Below are positions 10,818-21,230 of a stretch of DNA of 64,000 nucleotides, piece by piece. Location of the stretch: the NCBI GenBank assembly GCA_014239275.1, contig JAAZZF010000100.1, positions 733 through 64,732 on the forward strand, written 5' to 3'. A model generated the notes under the pieces. It was not told the origin of the DNA and did not search any database. It was given only the letters and a program-made list of their open reading frames with translations. The position numbers were made by a program, and so were the translations under genes. How positions within the stretch are numbered: the stretch's first letter is position 1; every line of letters begins with the position of its first letter. The stretch is from Flavobacteriaceae bacterium. GTDB lineage: Bacteria; Bacteroidota; Bacteroidia; Flavobacteriales; Flavobacteriaceae.

Positions 10818-12173
10818 TTAACCAACTTCTTTAATCATTAAATCGAGTCCTTTTCTTATTATATATTGAGCCTCTATTTTTGAAGATGAAGAATAATCAA
10901 TAAGAGAAAAATCTTCAGGAGCAACTTCATAAATACCTAAACTTTCCATCTTATCAATGTTTTCAGCCATACATTCTTTAAGCAATTGCATAGGAAAAAT
11001 ATCCATAGGAAAAACCTTTTCCATTTCACCTGTTACTACAAATGCTCTCTCTTCACCATTCAAATTTGTGTCTAAATCGTATTTGTTATTGGGAAATAAC
11101 CAAGAAAAAGAGGTTTTATAAATACTCGGTATCTTATTATTAATAAAAGGTACCCAACCAAACATTCTGTATTGATTTCCTTCCCTTAGGACAGAGACCG
11201 TATTATTATAAAAACCTAAATAATTATCGGGTTCAACTTTAGTTCCAGTTAAAACATCTCCATTAATAATTCTTAATGAATCCTTTAAATCGATCCCAAC
11301 ATCATTAATAATCTCACGTAATTCAGATCCAATAATTGTTTTATAATATTTAGGATATTTAACTGGTGCACCTGAAACCGCTATAGTTCTAATAGGGTTA
11401 TAAAATCCTGTTAAAAAAAATCTTCCTAAAATTGCTACATCTTCTGGGCCTAATGTCCAAACTCTTTCTCCAGAATTGATAGGATTAATATGGTGGATTT
11501 GAACTCCTACATTACCAGAGGGGTGAGGACCGCTTACAATATGAGTTTTAATACCTTTAATATCATTAATAAATGTTGAAATATCTTTTTTAATACAAAT
11601 ATTTATTTCCCCATCTGTTAATTTTGATAAAACTTTTAAACCTGTTTTAAATTCTTCCTTCTGATCATCTAAAATAATTTGAAAATCAGCTGAAATTGGA
11701 GCACTATTAAATGAGGAAATAAAAATGGATTTTGGTTTTTCTGATGGGTTTGCAATTATTTCATATGGTCTTTGTTTAATAAATGGCCAACATCCTGAGT
11801 TTAAAATAATATTTTTTATTTCATCAGCATTTAATTTTTCTAGTTCAATAATATTATGTTCTAATTTTTTTTGATTCTTGTCTACATCAATAACAATTTC
11901 TATAATTTTTCTTTTTGCTCCTCTTACAATTTCTTTAATTAATCCATCAACAGGTGAACAGAACTTTATTCTTTCATCTTTTTTTGAATAGAAAATAACA
12001 TCACCAACATTTACTTTTTCACCTACTCTTACAACCATTTTTGGGATAATAAGATGAAAATTTGATGGATTTAAGGAGACTGATTTAGGATAAGGAGCCT
12101 CTTTTACGATGTTCTTGGCAGCACCTTTTAAATTAATGGTTAAACCATTTTTAATTCTGATGTCGTTTGACAT
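10818..12173 (-). CDS. nqrA: Na+-NQR subunit A
   Basis: 451-aa soluble subunit, N-terminus IRIKNGLTINLKGAA. First gene of the six-gene operon. Confidence 0.9.
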   Translation of the reverse strand: MSNDIRIKNGLTINLKGAAKNIVKEAPYPKSVSLNPSNFHLIIPKMVVRVGEKVNVGDVIFYSKKDERIKFCSPVDGLIKEIVRGAKRKIIEIVIDVDKNQKKLEHNIIELEKLNADEIKNIILNSGCWPFIKQRPYEIIANPSEKPKSIFISSFNSAPISADFQIILDDQKEEFKTGLKVLSKLTDGEINICIKKDISTFINDIKGIKTHIVSGPHPSGNVGVQIHHINPINSGERVWTLGPEDVAILGRFFLTGFYNPIRTIAVSGAPVKYPKYYKTIIGSELREIINDVGIDLKDSLRIINGDVLTGTKVEPDNYLGFYNNTVSVLREGNQYRMFGWVPFINNKIPSIYKTSFSWLFPNNKYDLDTNLNGEERAFVVTGEMEKVFPMDIFPMQLLKECMAENIDKMESLGIYEVAPEDFSLIDYSSSSKIEAQYIIRKGLDLMIKEVG

Positions 12174-12199
12174 ATTTATTTGTAATGTCTAATCGGTCG

Positions 12200-12207
12200 C
12201 AAATTTA
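12200..12207 (-). promoter_or_regulatory. -7 box (TAAATTTG on the minus strand) for the nqr operon
   Basis: Plus strand caaattta. Exact TAnnTTTG, 26 nt upstream of the nqrA ATG. Confidence 0.4.
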
Positions 12208-12329
12208 TTAATTTAAACCCTTAAGTAAAAGTCGATTGAACATTAATTTATTAATAAAGTTTTTATTTATATTCATTCTAAATAATAAATAATTATTAAT
12301 TTTTTATTTATGATATCTTTATACTGGTT

Positions 12330-13565
12330 ATGTCATTAAATTTTAAAATAGTTTTTAAAATAGTTTTCATTCTAATTGGAAACTATTTAAATTCTCAAAG
12401 TCTAGAAATTCCAAAAAATATTAAAACTATTATTTTTAAAACTTCCAAATCAAAAGGTCCATTCATTCACTTTGGAGATCTAATAGAATTAAGCTTTGAT
12501 GATATAGATGGTGATGAAAAAAACTATTATTATCAAATAACTCATTTTGACTATTTGTGGAACCCATCTAAATTATATAAGTCTGAATATTTAGAAGGCT
12601 TTGATGATATAAGAATAAAAAAAATCAGAAATTCATTTAATACTTTACAACCATATACCAATTACATTTTAAGCATTCCAAATGATGATGTAAAATTAAA
12701 AGTATCTGGAAATTATTCTATTAGTATTCATTTGTCAAATGGTAAAAAGGTTTTTGAAAAAAGATTTTCATTTATTGATAATCAAATACCTATTCAAATA
12801 AGCATTTCTAAATCAAATACTATTAACAATTTAAAAACACATCAAAAAATTAAAATAAAACTTAATTGTGGAGATTGCACTAAAATATATAACAGCTCTT
12901 CAAAATTAAAAATAATTGTAATAAAAAATTATAATTGGTCAAATTCATTAATTATAGAAAAACCAAAATTCATTTTTTCTAATAATTTAATTTATGATGA
13001 CATTTATTTTCTAGGCGGAAATGAATTTTTAAATTTTGATAACTCTAAAATCAATTCTACAAACTATAGAATATATAAATCAACATTGACTGATTTATAT
13101 AATAACTTTTTAATTGATGATAAAGAAAGAACCAATGATATCTATGAGTATAATCCTGATATAAATGGAGAATTTTCAGTTAATGCAAGTAAAAATTATG
13201 ACTTTGATATTGAAAATGATTATGCAAGAGTTCATTTTAATTTTAAAAATAAAATTTTTGACAAGAACAATAATGTTTATTTACTTGGAAGATTTAACAA
13301 CTTCATAGCAAATGAAAATTATAAATTTAAATATGATAAAAAGAAAAAAACATACAAGGGTTCTTTTTTATTCAAACAAGGGTTTTATAATTATAAATAT
13401 GGTTATACAAATTCATTAGAGCCAAACACTATTAATTATTTTGAAGGAAATTTTTGGCAAACTGAAAATTTATATACTGTTTTAATTTTTCATAAAAAAA
13501 ACAATGAAAAATATTTTAAATTAATTGGGGAAAGCAGCATAAAATCATTAAACATAAAAAATTAA
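12330..13565 (+). CDS. DUF5103-like secreted protein (family annotated as type IX secretion system plug protein)
   Basis: Signal peptide. IKTIIFK...LSFDDIDGDEKNYYYQITHFDYLWNPSKLYKSEYLEGFDD...SGNYSISIH resembles what I remember of DUF5103. Recalled from memory, not searched. Confidence 0.45.
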   Translation: MSLNFKIVFKIVFILIGNYLNSQSLEIPKNIKTIIFKTSKSKGPFIHFGDLIELSFDDIDGDEKNYYYQITHFDYLWNPSKLYKSEYLEGFDDIRIKKIRNSFNTLQPYTNYILSIPNDDVKLKVSGNYSISIHLSNGKKVFEKRFSFIDNQIPIQISISKSNTINNLKTHQKIKIKLNCGDCTKIYNSSSKLKIIVIKNYNWSNSLIIEKPKFIFSNNLIYDDIYFLGGNEFLNFDNSKINSTNYRIYKSTLTDLYNNFLIDDKERTNDIYEYNPDINGEFSVNASKNYDFDIENDYARVHFNFKNKIFDKNNNVYLLGRFNNFIANENYKFKYDKKKKTYKGSFLFKQGFYNYKYGYTNSLEPNTINYFEGNFWQTENLYTVLIFHKKNNEKYFKLIGESSIKSLNIKN

Positions 13566-13625
13566 TAAAAAGAGATTCATTTTCTTTTATTTAATCAATA
13601 TATTAGCTAAGTAGATTTTTTTATT

Positions 13626-14012
13626 ATGATCAATCACGTTACAAAAGGAATTAAAATTTCTGTAAAGTCTATTTACGATGGTTCGTATTTTAAGAACTAT
13701 AATCTACATTTTTCTTTCAATTATAGCATTACAATAACTAATCAAAGTAAAAGTACAGTTCAACTAAGAACCAGACACTGGAGAATTTTTGATTCTTTAA
13801 GTTCAGATATAATAATTGATGGCGAAGGAGTGATTGGTGAAAAACCCTTATTAAAACCAGGAGATTCATATAAATATTCTTCAGGGTGTTTAATAACCTC
13901 TCCTGTGGGTGCAATGAGAGGATTTTATAATATGGTAGATGTAAATAATGGTAAAAAATTTAGAGCTTATATTCCTACTTTTAAATTAACTGCTCCACAA
14001 GCTTTAAACTAA
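13626..14012 (+). CDS. apaG: ApaG (DUF525) protein
   Basis: 128 aa. HWRIFDS...DGEGVIGEKPLLKPGDSYKYSSGC...GAMRGFY signature. Confidence 0.85.
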   Translation: MINHVTKGIKISVKSIYDGSYFKNYNLHFSFNYSITITNQSKSTVQLRTRHWRIFDSLSSDIIIDGEGVIGEKPLLKPGDSYKYSSGCLITSPVGAMRGFYNMVDVNNGKKFRAYIPTFKLTAPQALN

Positions 14013-14042
14013 ACTTAAATCAACTTTTTAAATTCATAATAG

Positions 14043-15668
14043 ATGAAAAAAAATACTTTTCAATTACCAAAACGTATTAACGAAGAGACAAAAGATTATA
14101 TAAAAGGATCTAAAGAAAGAAAAGAGGTAATAGAAACTTATAATTCAATGTTTTCTGAAAAAATTGACATTCCATTATATATTGGAGAAAAAGAAATTTT
14201 TACAAAAAATAAAAAAAATATAACTCCTCCACATGATCATCAAAAAGTTGTAGGAACTTATTCTTTATGTGAAGAAACACATGTTAAAGATGCTATTAGG
14301 TCTGCATTAGACATAAAAAATGAATGGACTAATACGGCATGGGAAGACAGGGCTTCTATATTTTTAAAAGCAGCTGAATTAATAGCCGGACCATATAGAT
14401 CAAAAATTAATGCTGCCACAATGATAGGTCAGTCAAAAAGTATTTTTCAAGCAGAAATTGATGCTGCTTGCGAATTTGTAGATTTTTTAAAGTTCAATAT
14501 TATCTACATGTCTGAAATATATAAAGAACAACCCATCACTGTTGGAAATGTTTCTAATAGACTAGAATATCGTCCATTAGAAGGATTTGTATATGCAATT
14601 ACCCCATTCAATTTTACTGCAATTGGTGGTAATCTTTGCGCTAGTGCTGCATTAATGGGTAATGTTATTTTGTGGAAACCAAGTGATCACCAAATTTATT
14701 CAGCTAAAGTAATTATGGATATTTTTAATGAGGCAGGTCTTCCAAAAGGTGTTATAAATATGGTAACTGGAGATCCAGAAATGGTAACAAATATTGCATT
14801 AGAAAATCCTAACTTATCTGGAATTCATTTCACAGGATCAACTCATGTTTTTAAAGGACTTTGGTCAAAAGTTGGTGAAAACATAAATATTTATAAAGAT
14901 TATCCTAGAATAGTAGGTGAAACTGGAGGAAAGGACTTTATTGTCTCACACCCTTCCTCTGATTCTAAAGTAGTGTCAACGGCAATTTTAAGAGGAGCTT
15001 TTGAATATCAAGGTCAAAAATGTTCAGCAGCATCAAGAGTTTATTTGCCAGAATCTAAATCTGATGAAATTTTGGAAAATTTAAAAACCCAAATCAGAAC
15101 TATAAAAATGGGATCTCCTATTAATTTTGAAAACTTTATGACCGCTGTAATTCATAAAAATTCATTTGATAAAATTGTAAAATATATTAAAAAAGCTAAA
15201 AATGATGAAGAAGCTGAAATATTAATTGGTGGAGATTATGACGATTCTAAAGGTTATTTTATTTCACCAACAGTAATTTTAACAACAAATCCAAATTACA
15301 TCACAATGACTGAAGAAATTTTTGGACCTGTTGTTACTATTTTTATTTATCCTGATAAGGAATGGAAAGATATATTAAAGCTAGTTGATAAAACATCTAT
15401 TTATGCATTAACTGGTGCTTTTATTTCAAAAGATAAAGAGAGCATTGATTATGCTTTAAAACACTTGAGATATAGTGCAGGAAATTTCTATATTAATGAT
15501 AAACCTTCTGGAGCTGTAGTCGGGCAACAACCCTTTGGAGGCTCTAGAGCATCTGGAACAAATGATAAAGCTGGATCAAAATTAAATTTATTGAGATGGG
15601 TTTCTCCTAGGCTAATTAAAGAAAATTTAAGCCCTCCTACTGATTATCCATACCCTTATATGGAATAG
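14043..15668 (+). CDS. pruA: L-glutamate gamma-semialdehyde (1-pyrroline-5-carboxylate) dehydrogenase
   Basis: 541 aa. Aldehyde dehydrogenase motifs VGETGGKDF and catalytic Cys in YQGQKCSAASR. EGFVYAITPFNFTAIGGNL. Confidence 0.9.
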   Translation: MKKNTFQLPKRINEETKDYIKGSKERKEVIETYNSMFSEKIDIPLYIGEKEIFTKNKKNITPPHDHQKVVGTYSLCEETHVKDAIRSALDIKNEWTNTAWEDRASIFLKAAELIAGPYRSKINAATMIGQSKSIFQAEIDAACEFVDFLKFNIIYMSEIYKEQPITVGNVSNRLEYRPLEGFVYAITPFNFTAIGGNLCASAALMGNVILWKPSDHQIYSAKVIMDIFNEAGLPKGVINMVTGDPEMVTNIALENPNLSGIHFTGSTHVFKGLWSKVGENINIYKDYPRIVGETGGKDFIVSHPSSDSKVVSTAILRGAFEYQGQKCSAASRVYLPESKSDEILENLKTQIRTIKMGSPINFENFMTAVIHKNSFDKIVKYIKKAKNDEEAEILIGGDYDDSKGYFISPTVILTTNPNYITMTEEIFGPVVTIFIYPDKEWKDILKLVDKTSIYALTGAFISKDKESIDYALKHLRYSAGNFYINDKPSGAVVGQQPFGGSRASGTNDKAGSKLNLLRWVSPRLIKENLSPPTDYPYPYME

Positions 15669-16278
15669 GCAGATAAACAATTTTTTTTGTATCAAAAAAA
15701 GGGTTTTTAAAATAATTTTTTATATCATAAATCGTAGATGATTTAAAATTTTTTAACTCTAAGCTAAGATCTCCACCTTTTAAATAAAAAATTCCATTTT
15801 TAAACTTATGGCTATTTATTGATAATATTTTTCCATCAATAATTTTAACAAAGTCTGTCATATTAGTAACTGCCCTACAAACTACAAAATCAAACTTTTC
15901 TTCAATTTTTTCAGATCTAATTTTTTGAACTCTTACATTTTTAAGGTTTAGTTCATTAATTATTGATTTAACTACTTTAATTTTTTTTTCGATTGAATCA
16001 GATAAAACAAATTCTGTTTTGGGAAACATAATAGCTAAAGGAATTCCTGGAAATCCTCCTCCTGTCCCAACATCTAGAATCTTAGAACCACTTTTAAATT
16101 CTATTATTTTTGCTATTGATAAAGAATGTAATATATGTCTAATTTTTAATTCTGAAATATCTTTTCTAGAAATTACATTTATTTTATTATTCCAAAACTC
16201 ATATAATTTAGTTAAGCTATCAAACTGTAACAATTGTTGGTCTGATAAATTCGGAAAACTTGATTTAAAAATGTTCAA
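15637..16278 (-). CDS. rsmG: 16S rRNA (guanine527-N7)-methyltransferase
   Basis: LDVGTGGGFPGIPLAI SAM motif. TTG start verified. The 3' end overlaps the pruA 3' end by 32 nt. Confidence 0.9.
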   Translation of the reverse strand: MNIFKSSFPNLSDQQLLQFDSLTKLYEFWNNKINVISRKDISELKIRHILHSLSIAKIIEFKSGSKILDVGTGGGFPGIPLAIMFPKTEFVLSDSIEKKIKVVKSIINELNLKNVRVQKIRSEKIEEKFDFVVCRAVTNMTDFVKIIDGKILSINSHKFKNGIFYLKGGDLSLELKNFKSSTIYDIKNYFKNPFFDTKKIVYLPIPYKGMDNQ

Positions 16279-16296
16279 AACTTTTTTTTATTTAGT

Positions 16297-16304
16297 CAAA
16301 ATTA
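16297..16304 (-). promoter_or_regulatory. -7 box (TAATTTTG on the minus strand) for rsmG
   Basis: Plus strand caaaatta. Exact TAnnTTTG, 18 nt upstream of the TTG start. Confidence 0.4.
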
Positions 16305-16357
16305 CATTATTAATTTTATGAAAATAAATATCTTTAAATCTAATTTTTTTACTTAAA

Positions 16358-17548
16358 ATGGGAAACAAACTTTCAGACAGAATAAATAATCTTCCAGTTT
16401 CAGCAACATTAGCAATGGCTGCAAAAGCAAGAGAATTAAAAGAAAAGGGAATTGATATTATTGGTCTTAGTCTTGGAGAGCCTGATTTTAATACACCAGA
16501 TTTTATTAAAAAAGCTGCAAAACAAGCAATTGATGATAATTACAATTCTTATACTCCTGTAGATGGATATGGTGATTTAAAGAAATCCATCTGCAATAAA
16601 TTTAAACGAGATAATGGATTAAACTATGAAACTAATCAAATAGTAGTATCTACAGGTGCTAAACAATCAATAGCTAATGCAATTCAAGTTTTAGTTAATC
16701 CTGGTGATGATGTTCTTCTTGTTGGGCCATATTGGGTAAGTTATTTTGCTATTGTAATGTTAGCTGAAGGGAATCCAATAGAAATTCGCTCCGATATTTC
16801 TTCAGATTTTAAAATAACTCCTTTACAATTGGAAAATTCAATTACTAAAAAGACTAAATTGGTAATAATTAATTCACCTAATAACCCTAGTGGATCAGTG
16901 TATACAGAAAAAGAATTTTTAGAACTCTCTAAGGTTCTTGAAAAATATCCTGAAATATACATTCTATCAGATGAAATTTATGAACATATAAATTATGGGG
17001 TTCCCCACTTCAGCTTTGCAAAAATTCCTTCAATGTTTGAAAGAACAATTACAGTAAATGGATTAGCAAAAGCATTTGCTATGACAGGATGGAGAATTGG
17101 GTATATTGGAGCACCTAGATGGATAGCTAGAGCATGTACAAAAATGCAAGGTCAAATTACCAGTGGAGCTAACTGTATTGCCCAACGTGCAACTATAGCG
17201 GCTTTAGAAGCTCCAACTAGTAAGATTAAATATATGGTAGATGAATTTAAAGAAAGAAGAAAACTAATAATTGATTTATTAAGCCAAATAAAAGGAATTA
17301 AACTAAATCAACCAATGGGAGCTTTTTACGTATTTCCTGATATTTCTCATTTTTTTGGCAAAACTTTGAAAAATAAAAAAATCAATACTGCATCTGATTT
17401 AGCAATCTTCTTATTAGAGGAATCACATGTAGCTACAGTTAGCGGTGATGCGTTCGGAAGTCCAAGAAACATTAGAATTTCTTATGCTGCCTCAAAAGAG
17501 CAAATAAAAAAAGCTATTAGTAGAATTAAATCAGCTCTCGAAAATTAA
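16358..17548 (+). CDS. Pyridoxal-phosphate-dependent (aspartate-type, class I) aminotransferase
   Basis: 396 aa. NSPNNPSG, and the PLP-lysine region VNGLAKAFAMTGWRIGY. Confidence 0.9.
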   Translation: MGNKLSDRINNLPVSATLAMAAKARELKEKGIDIIGLSLGEPDFNTPDFIKKAAKQAIDDNYNSYTPVDGYGDLKKSICNKFKRDNGLNYETNQIVVSTGAKQSIANAIQVLVNPGDDVLLVGPYWVSYFAIVMLAEGNPIEIRSDISSDFKITPLQLENSITKKTKLVIINSPNNPSGSVYTEKEFLELSKVLEKYPEIYILSDEIYEHINYGVPHFSFAKIPSMFERTITVNGLAKAFAMTGWRIGYIGAPRWIARACTKMQGQITSGANCIAQRATIAALEAPTSKIKYMVDEFKERRKLIIDLLSQIKGIKLNQPMGAFYVFPDISHFFGKTLKNKKINTASDLAIFLLEESHVATVSGDAFGSPRNIRISYAASKEQIKKAISRIKSALEN

Positions 17549-19047
17549 TGATCTCTCCAGAAAAAAGGAGTAAATAAAATCAGAACAGTAAATAATTCTA
17601 ACCTACCCACCAACATTAAAAAAGAGCACCAGTATTTACCTAATATTGGAAGACTATCAAAGTTACTTATTGGACCCAAAGTTCCTAAAGCTGGACCAAC
17701 ATTACCTATTGAAGAAGCGGCTCCTCCAATTGCAGAAATAAAATCAAGACCTAGTAAGCTTAAAACGGCTGCACCAATTATAAATAAAATTAGATATAGA
17801 ATAAAGAATCCAAGTACATGAATAACAATTGGTCTTTCAACTACAGAGTTGTTATGTCTCAAAGGAATAATTGCATTGGGATGTAAAGATCTTTTGAACT
17901 CTAACACACCGTTTTTTATAAGAATCAAATGTCTCAATATTTTAACTCCTCCAGATGTTGACCCAGAAGATCCGCCTAAAAACATTATTCCAAAGAAAAA
18001 CATTGTTATAAAAGGAGTCCAGGAAATAAAATCTCCAGTTACAAATCCAGTTGTAGTAATAATAGCTACAACTTGAAATAGAGCATGCCTAAAACTACTT
18101 TCAAATTTTCCTAAGACCTGGGGGTGAAAAACATCTGTTTCATTTAAATTAACAGAAATGAATAAAACTACTGTTATAACTATAGTAAAAACTGAAATAA
18201 AAGATAAGTACCATTTAAACTCAGTATTTTGAATGATTTTTTTAAATTTTCCTGTTAAACCAAAATATATTAGAATAAAATTAGTTCCTGCTAAAAACAT
18301 AAAAAGTATAATAATGTATTGGATAATAGGCATGCTATTCCAATATCCTATACTTGCATTTCTAGATGAAAATCCACCAGAAGCAATATTACTCATGGAG
18401 GTATTAACAGCATCAAAAAAACTCATTCCTGCTATTTTTAATAATATAGTTTCTGCAAATGTTAATCCAACATAAATCATCCAAAGTCTTTTGGCCGTAT
18501 CACTTATTCTTGGATGTATCTTATCACTAGTTATTCCAGTTCCTGGTGCCTCCGCTGAAAAAAGTTGCATGCCTCCTATTCCCAGTAATGGAAGAATAGC
18601 TATAGCTAATACAATAATACCCATTCCTCCAAGCCAATGGGTCATGCTTCTCCAAAAAATAATACTTTTAGGTAATCCTTCAATATCATTTAATATTGTG
18701 GAACCTGTAGTAGTATAACCAGACATGGTTTCAAAAAGTAAATTAGGAAAATACGTTATTGAATTTGTTAAATAATAGGGAAGCATTCCTGAAAAAACCA
18801 TAGTTAGCCACCCTATAGTAACTATTAAATAACCATCTCTTTTATTAATTTGTCTAGTATTATTTTTAGAAAAGGTCATAAATAAACAACCAGACACAAT
18901 TACAATAACAGCTGAAAGAATAATTTCTCTAATTGCACCATCATTAACTATTAGACTAACTATCGAAGAAATAAGCATTGCTCCTCCATTAAAAACTAGA
19001 AGCATTCCAATAATATAAAAGATTAATTTTTTATTAAGTTTGGTCAT
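17545..19047 (-). CDS. trkH: Trk-type K+ uptake membrane subunit
   Basis: 500-aa polytopic protein with repeated selectivity-filter-like TTTG/GGSSGSTSGGVK segments. Adjacent to trkA. Confidence 0.9.
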   Translation of the reverse strand: MTKLNKKLIFYIIGMLLVFNGGAMLISSIVSLIVNDGAIREIILSAVIVIVSGCLFMTFSKNNTRQINKRDGYLIVTIGWLTMVFSGMLPYYLTNSITYFPNLLFETMSGYTTTGSTILNDIEGLPKSIIFWRSMTHWLGGMGIIVLAIAILPLLGIGGMQLFSAEAPGTGITSDKIHPRISDTAKRLWMIYVGLTFAETILLKIAGMSFFDAVNTSMSNIASGGFSSRNASIGYWNSMPIIQYIIILFMFLAGTNFILIYFGLTGKFKKIIQNTEFKWYLSFISVFTIVITVVLFISVNLNETDVFHPQVLGKFESSFRHALFQVVAIITTTGFVTGDFISWTPFITMFFFGIMFLGGSSGSTSGGVKILRHLILIKNGVLEFKRSLHPNAIIPLRHNNSVVERPIVIHVLGFFILYLILFIIGAAVLSLLGLDFISAIGGAASSIGNVGPALGTLGPISNFDSLPILGKYWCSFLMLVGRLELFTVLILFTPFFWRDH

Positions 19048-19057
19048 ACTACTTAGT

Positions 19058-20407
19058 CTATAAAAATAAACTCTCTACTTTACTTAAAACTTCAGGTGTG
19101 GAACATACTAAAACTCTATCACCATATTGAATTACAAAATCTCCAAGAGCTATTATCCCTTTATCTCCTCTAATTACACCTCCAATTATAGCCTCTCTAG
19201 GAAAATTTAGATCAACTATTTTTTTATTTAAAACTTTTGATTTATTACTTACATTAAACTCAACAATTTCAGCATCCATATTGTTCAATTTCGCTAATTC
19301 AACAATATCTCCATTTCTAACAAAACGAAAAATGTCATTTGCAGCTAAAAGCTTCTTATTTATCAGTGTATCTATTCCAATAGATTGAGATAAATTAAAA
19401 TAATCCATATTATCAACAAGAGCAATTGTCTTTTTAATCTTTTTAGACTTTGCCATCAAACATGACATTATATTAGTTTCAGAATTTCCAGTAGTTGCAA
19501 TAAAAGCATCCATATTTTCTAAATTTTCTTCAACTAATAAATCTACATTTCTTCCATCTACATTTATCATCATTACATCAGACAATTCCTCAGCTAAATT
19601 ATTTGCTTTTTCTTCATTAATTTCTATTATCTTAACATTTAACCCTTCATTACTTAAATCTCTTGCTAATTTAGAGCCAATTCTCCCTGCACCTAAAATC
19701 ATTATATTATCAATGTTCTGTTTAACCGTTCCTAAAAGATTATAAAGTTCTTGTAAACCTTTTTTATCAGTTATAAAATAAACTTGGTCTCCATCACAGA
19801 AAACTGTATCACCTCGAGGAATAATTGTTTTTTCAGTTCCTTCTTTTTTTAATGCTATTGGCATAAAATGAACCCCAGGAAATACCGAAGCAGCCTCCAT
19901 TACATTTTTTCCAACAAAAGGAGCCTTTTTTTCAAGTTTTACCCCCATCATTTTTAATATTCCTTCTTCAAAAGCATGAATATTTGTAAAAGCTGATTCA
20001 TGAATTAAAAGTTTTATTTCTTCAGTTGCTAAATTCTCAGGAGAAATCAGTTCATCTATTCCTATAGAATTAAAATCTATATCATGATCACTATTTATAA
20101 ATTCTGAATTAGATATTCTTGCAATTGTTCTTTTAGCTCCTAACTGTTTTGCTAAAAAACAGGTTGAAAAGTTTGTAGTTTCTGAAGAAGTAAGCGAAAC
20201 AACCAAATCAGACTTATCGACATTAGCTTCTTTTAAAACAGAAATTGAAGCAGAATTTCCTTCAATTGTTTTAATGTCAAGTTGATGTTCAGCAATGTTC
20301 AGGTTTGATTTCTTATTGTCAATTAAGGTAATATCCTGAGACTCAAAAGAGAGTAGTTTTGCCAAATGGAATCCAACTTCACCAGCTCCTGCTATTATGA
20401 TTTTCAT
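19058..20407 (-). CDS. trkA: Trk system NAD-binding subunit
   Basis: Two Rossmann motifs, KIIIAGAGEVGFHLAKLL and IMILGAGRIGSKLARDL. 449 aa. Confidence 0.9.
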   Translation of the reverse strand: MKIIIAGAGEVGFHLAKLLSFESQDITLIDNKKSNLNIAEHQLDIKTIEGNSASISVLKEANVDKSDLVVSLTSSETTNFSTCFLAKQLGAKRTIARISNSEFINSDHDIDFNSIGIDELISPENLATEEIKLLIHESAFTNIHAFEEGILKMMGVKLEKKAPFVGKNVMEAASVFPGVHFMPIALKKEGTEKTIIPRGDTVFCDGDQVYFITDKKGLQELYNLLGTVKQNIDNIMILGAGRIGSKLARDLSNEGLNVKIIEINEEKANNLAEELSDVMMINVDGRNVDLLVEENLENMDAFIATTGNSETNIMSCLMAKSKKIKKTIALVDNMDYFNLSQSIGIDTLINKKLLAANDIFRFVRNGDIVELAKLNNMDAEIVEFNVSNKSKVLNKKIVDLNFPREAIIGGVIRGDKGIIALGDFVIQYGDRVLVCSTPEVLSKVESLFL

Positions 20408-20430
20408 ATATATAGCATTGAATAACTATG

Positions 20431-20438
20431 CAAATATA
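20431..20438 (-). promoter_or_regulatory. -7 box (TATATTTG on the minus strand) for trkAH
   Basis: Plus strand caaatata. Exact TAnnTTTG, 23 nt upstream of the trkA ATG. Confidence 0.4.
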
Positions 20439-20507
20439 CTTGATTCTATAAAAATTAATATGTTTTTTAATATTAAAAGATTTTAAATCATTTAAATTAA
20501 TGTTTCA

Positions 20508-20515
20508 TAAATTTG
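20508..20515 (+). promoter_or_regulatory. -7 box (TAAATTTG) for the porT-like gene
   Basis: Exact TAnnTTTG, only 10 nt upstream of the ATG at 20526. This implies a near-leaderless mRNA. Confidence 0.4.
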
Positions 20516-20525
20516 ATTATAGATT

Positions 20526-21230
20526 ATGAATAAATACTTTTCTGTTCTTATAATACTGTTTTTTTTCTTTAATGGCTTTAGTCAAAAAAAAGGAGTTAAA
20601 GTTGAAAATCTTCAAAATTTTGACAATAAAAAAATACATTTTGGATATTTTATTGGATTAAATCAATACAATTTTAAAATTGATTATAAAACAAATCCTA
20701 ATTATACTACTCAAGTTGAAGAAGAATTGGGGCTAAACATTGGATTAATTGGAGACCTTAAAATAAATGAACATTTAAACTTACGTTTTGAACCTGGCCT
20801 TCATACGAATAAAGGAGCACTAAAATTTAATGAAAGATCTAAATTTACACAATACAGTGACACATTAAGAACAATTAAATCAACTTATATTCACTTGCCT
20901 CTTTTATTAAAATTCAGTTCTAAAAGAATTGATAATTTTAGACCTTATTTAATTGGAGGAATTTCTACATCTTTCAATCTATCAAGTAACCAAAACTCCC
21001 CTGAAGACAATAAAAACAATGTATTTAGATTAAAAACTAACACTTTATATTACGAATTGGGGTTTGGAATTGACTTTTACTTACAATATTTCAAATTTTC
21101 ACCATCAATCCGTGGATTATTCTCTTTGAAAAATGAATTGGTACCTGACAATGATATAAATAGTCCTTGGACTGGGCATATAGATAAATTAAATACAAGA
21201 GGTGTCTTCATTAATTTAACTTTTCACTAA
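20526..21230 (+). CDS. porT: PorT/SprT-family outer-membrane beta-barrel protein (T9SS/gliding-associated)
   Basis: Signal peptide. NLQNFDNKKIHFGYFIGLNQYNFKI start and alternating beta-strand pattern, ~230 aa, ends in an aromatic residue plus H. Family assignment is from memory. Confidence 0.5.
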   Translation: MNKYFSVLIILFFFFNGFSQKKGVKVENLQNFDNKKIHFGYFIGLNQYNFKIDYKTNPNYTTQVEEELGLNIGLIGDLKINEHLNLRFEPGLHTNKGALKFNERSKFTQYSDTLRTIKSTYIHLPLLLKFSSKRIDNFRPYLIGGISTSFNLSSNQNSPEDNKNNVFRLKTNTLYYELGFGIDFYLQYFKFSPSIRGLFSLKNELVPDNDINSPWTGHIDKLNTRGVFINLTFH

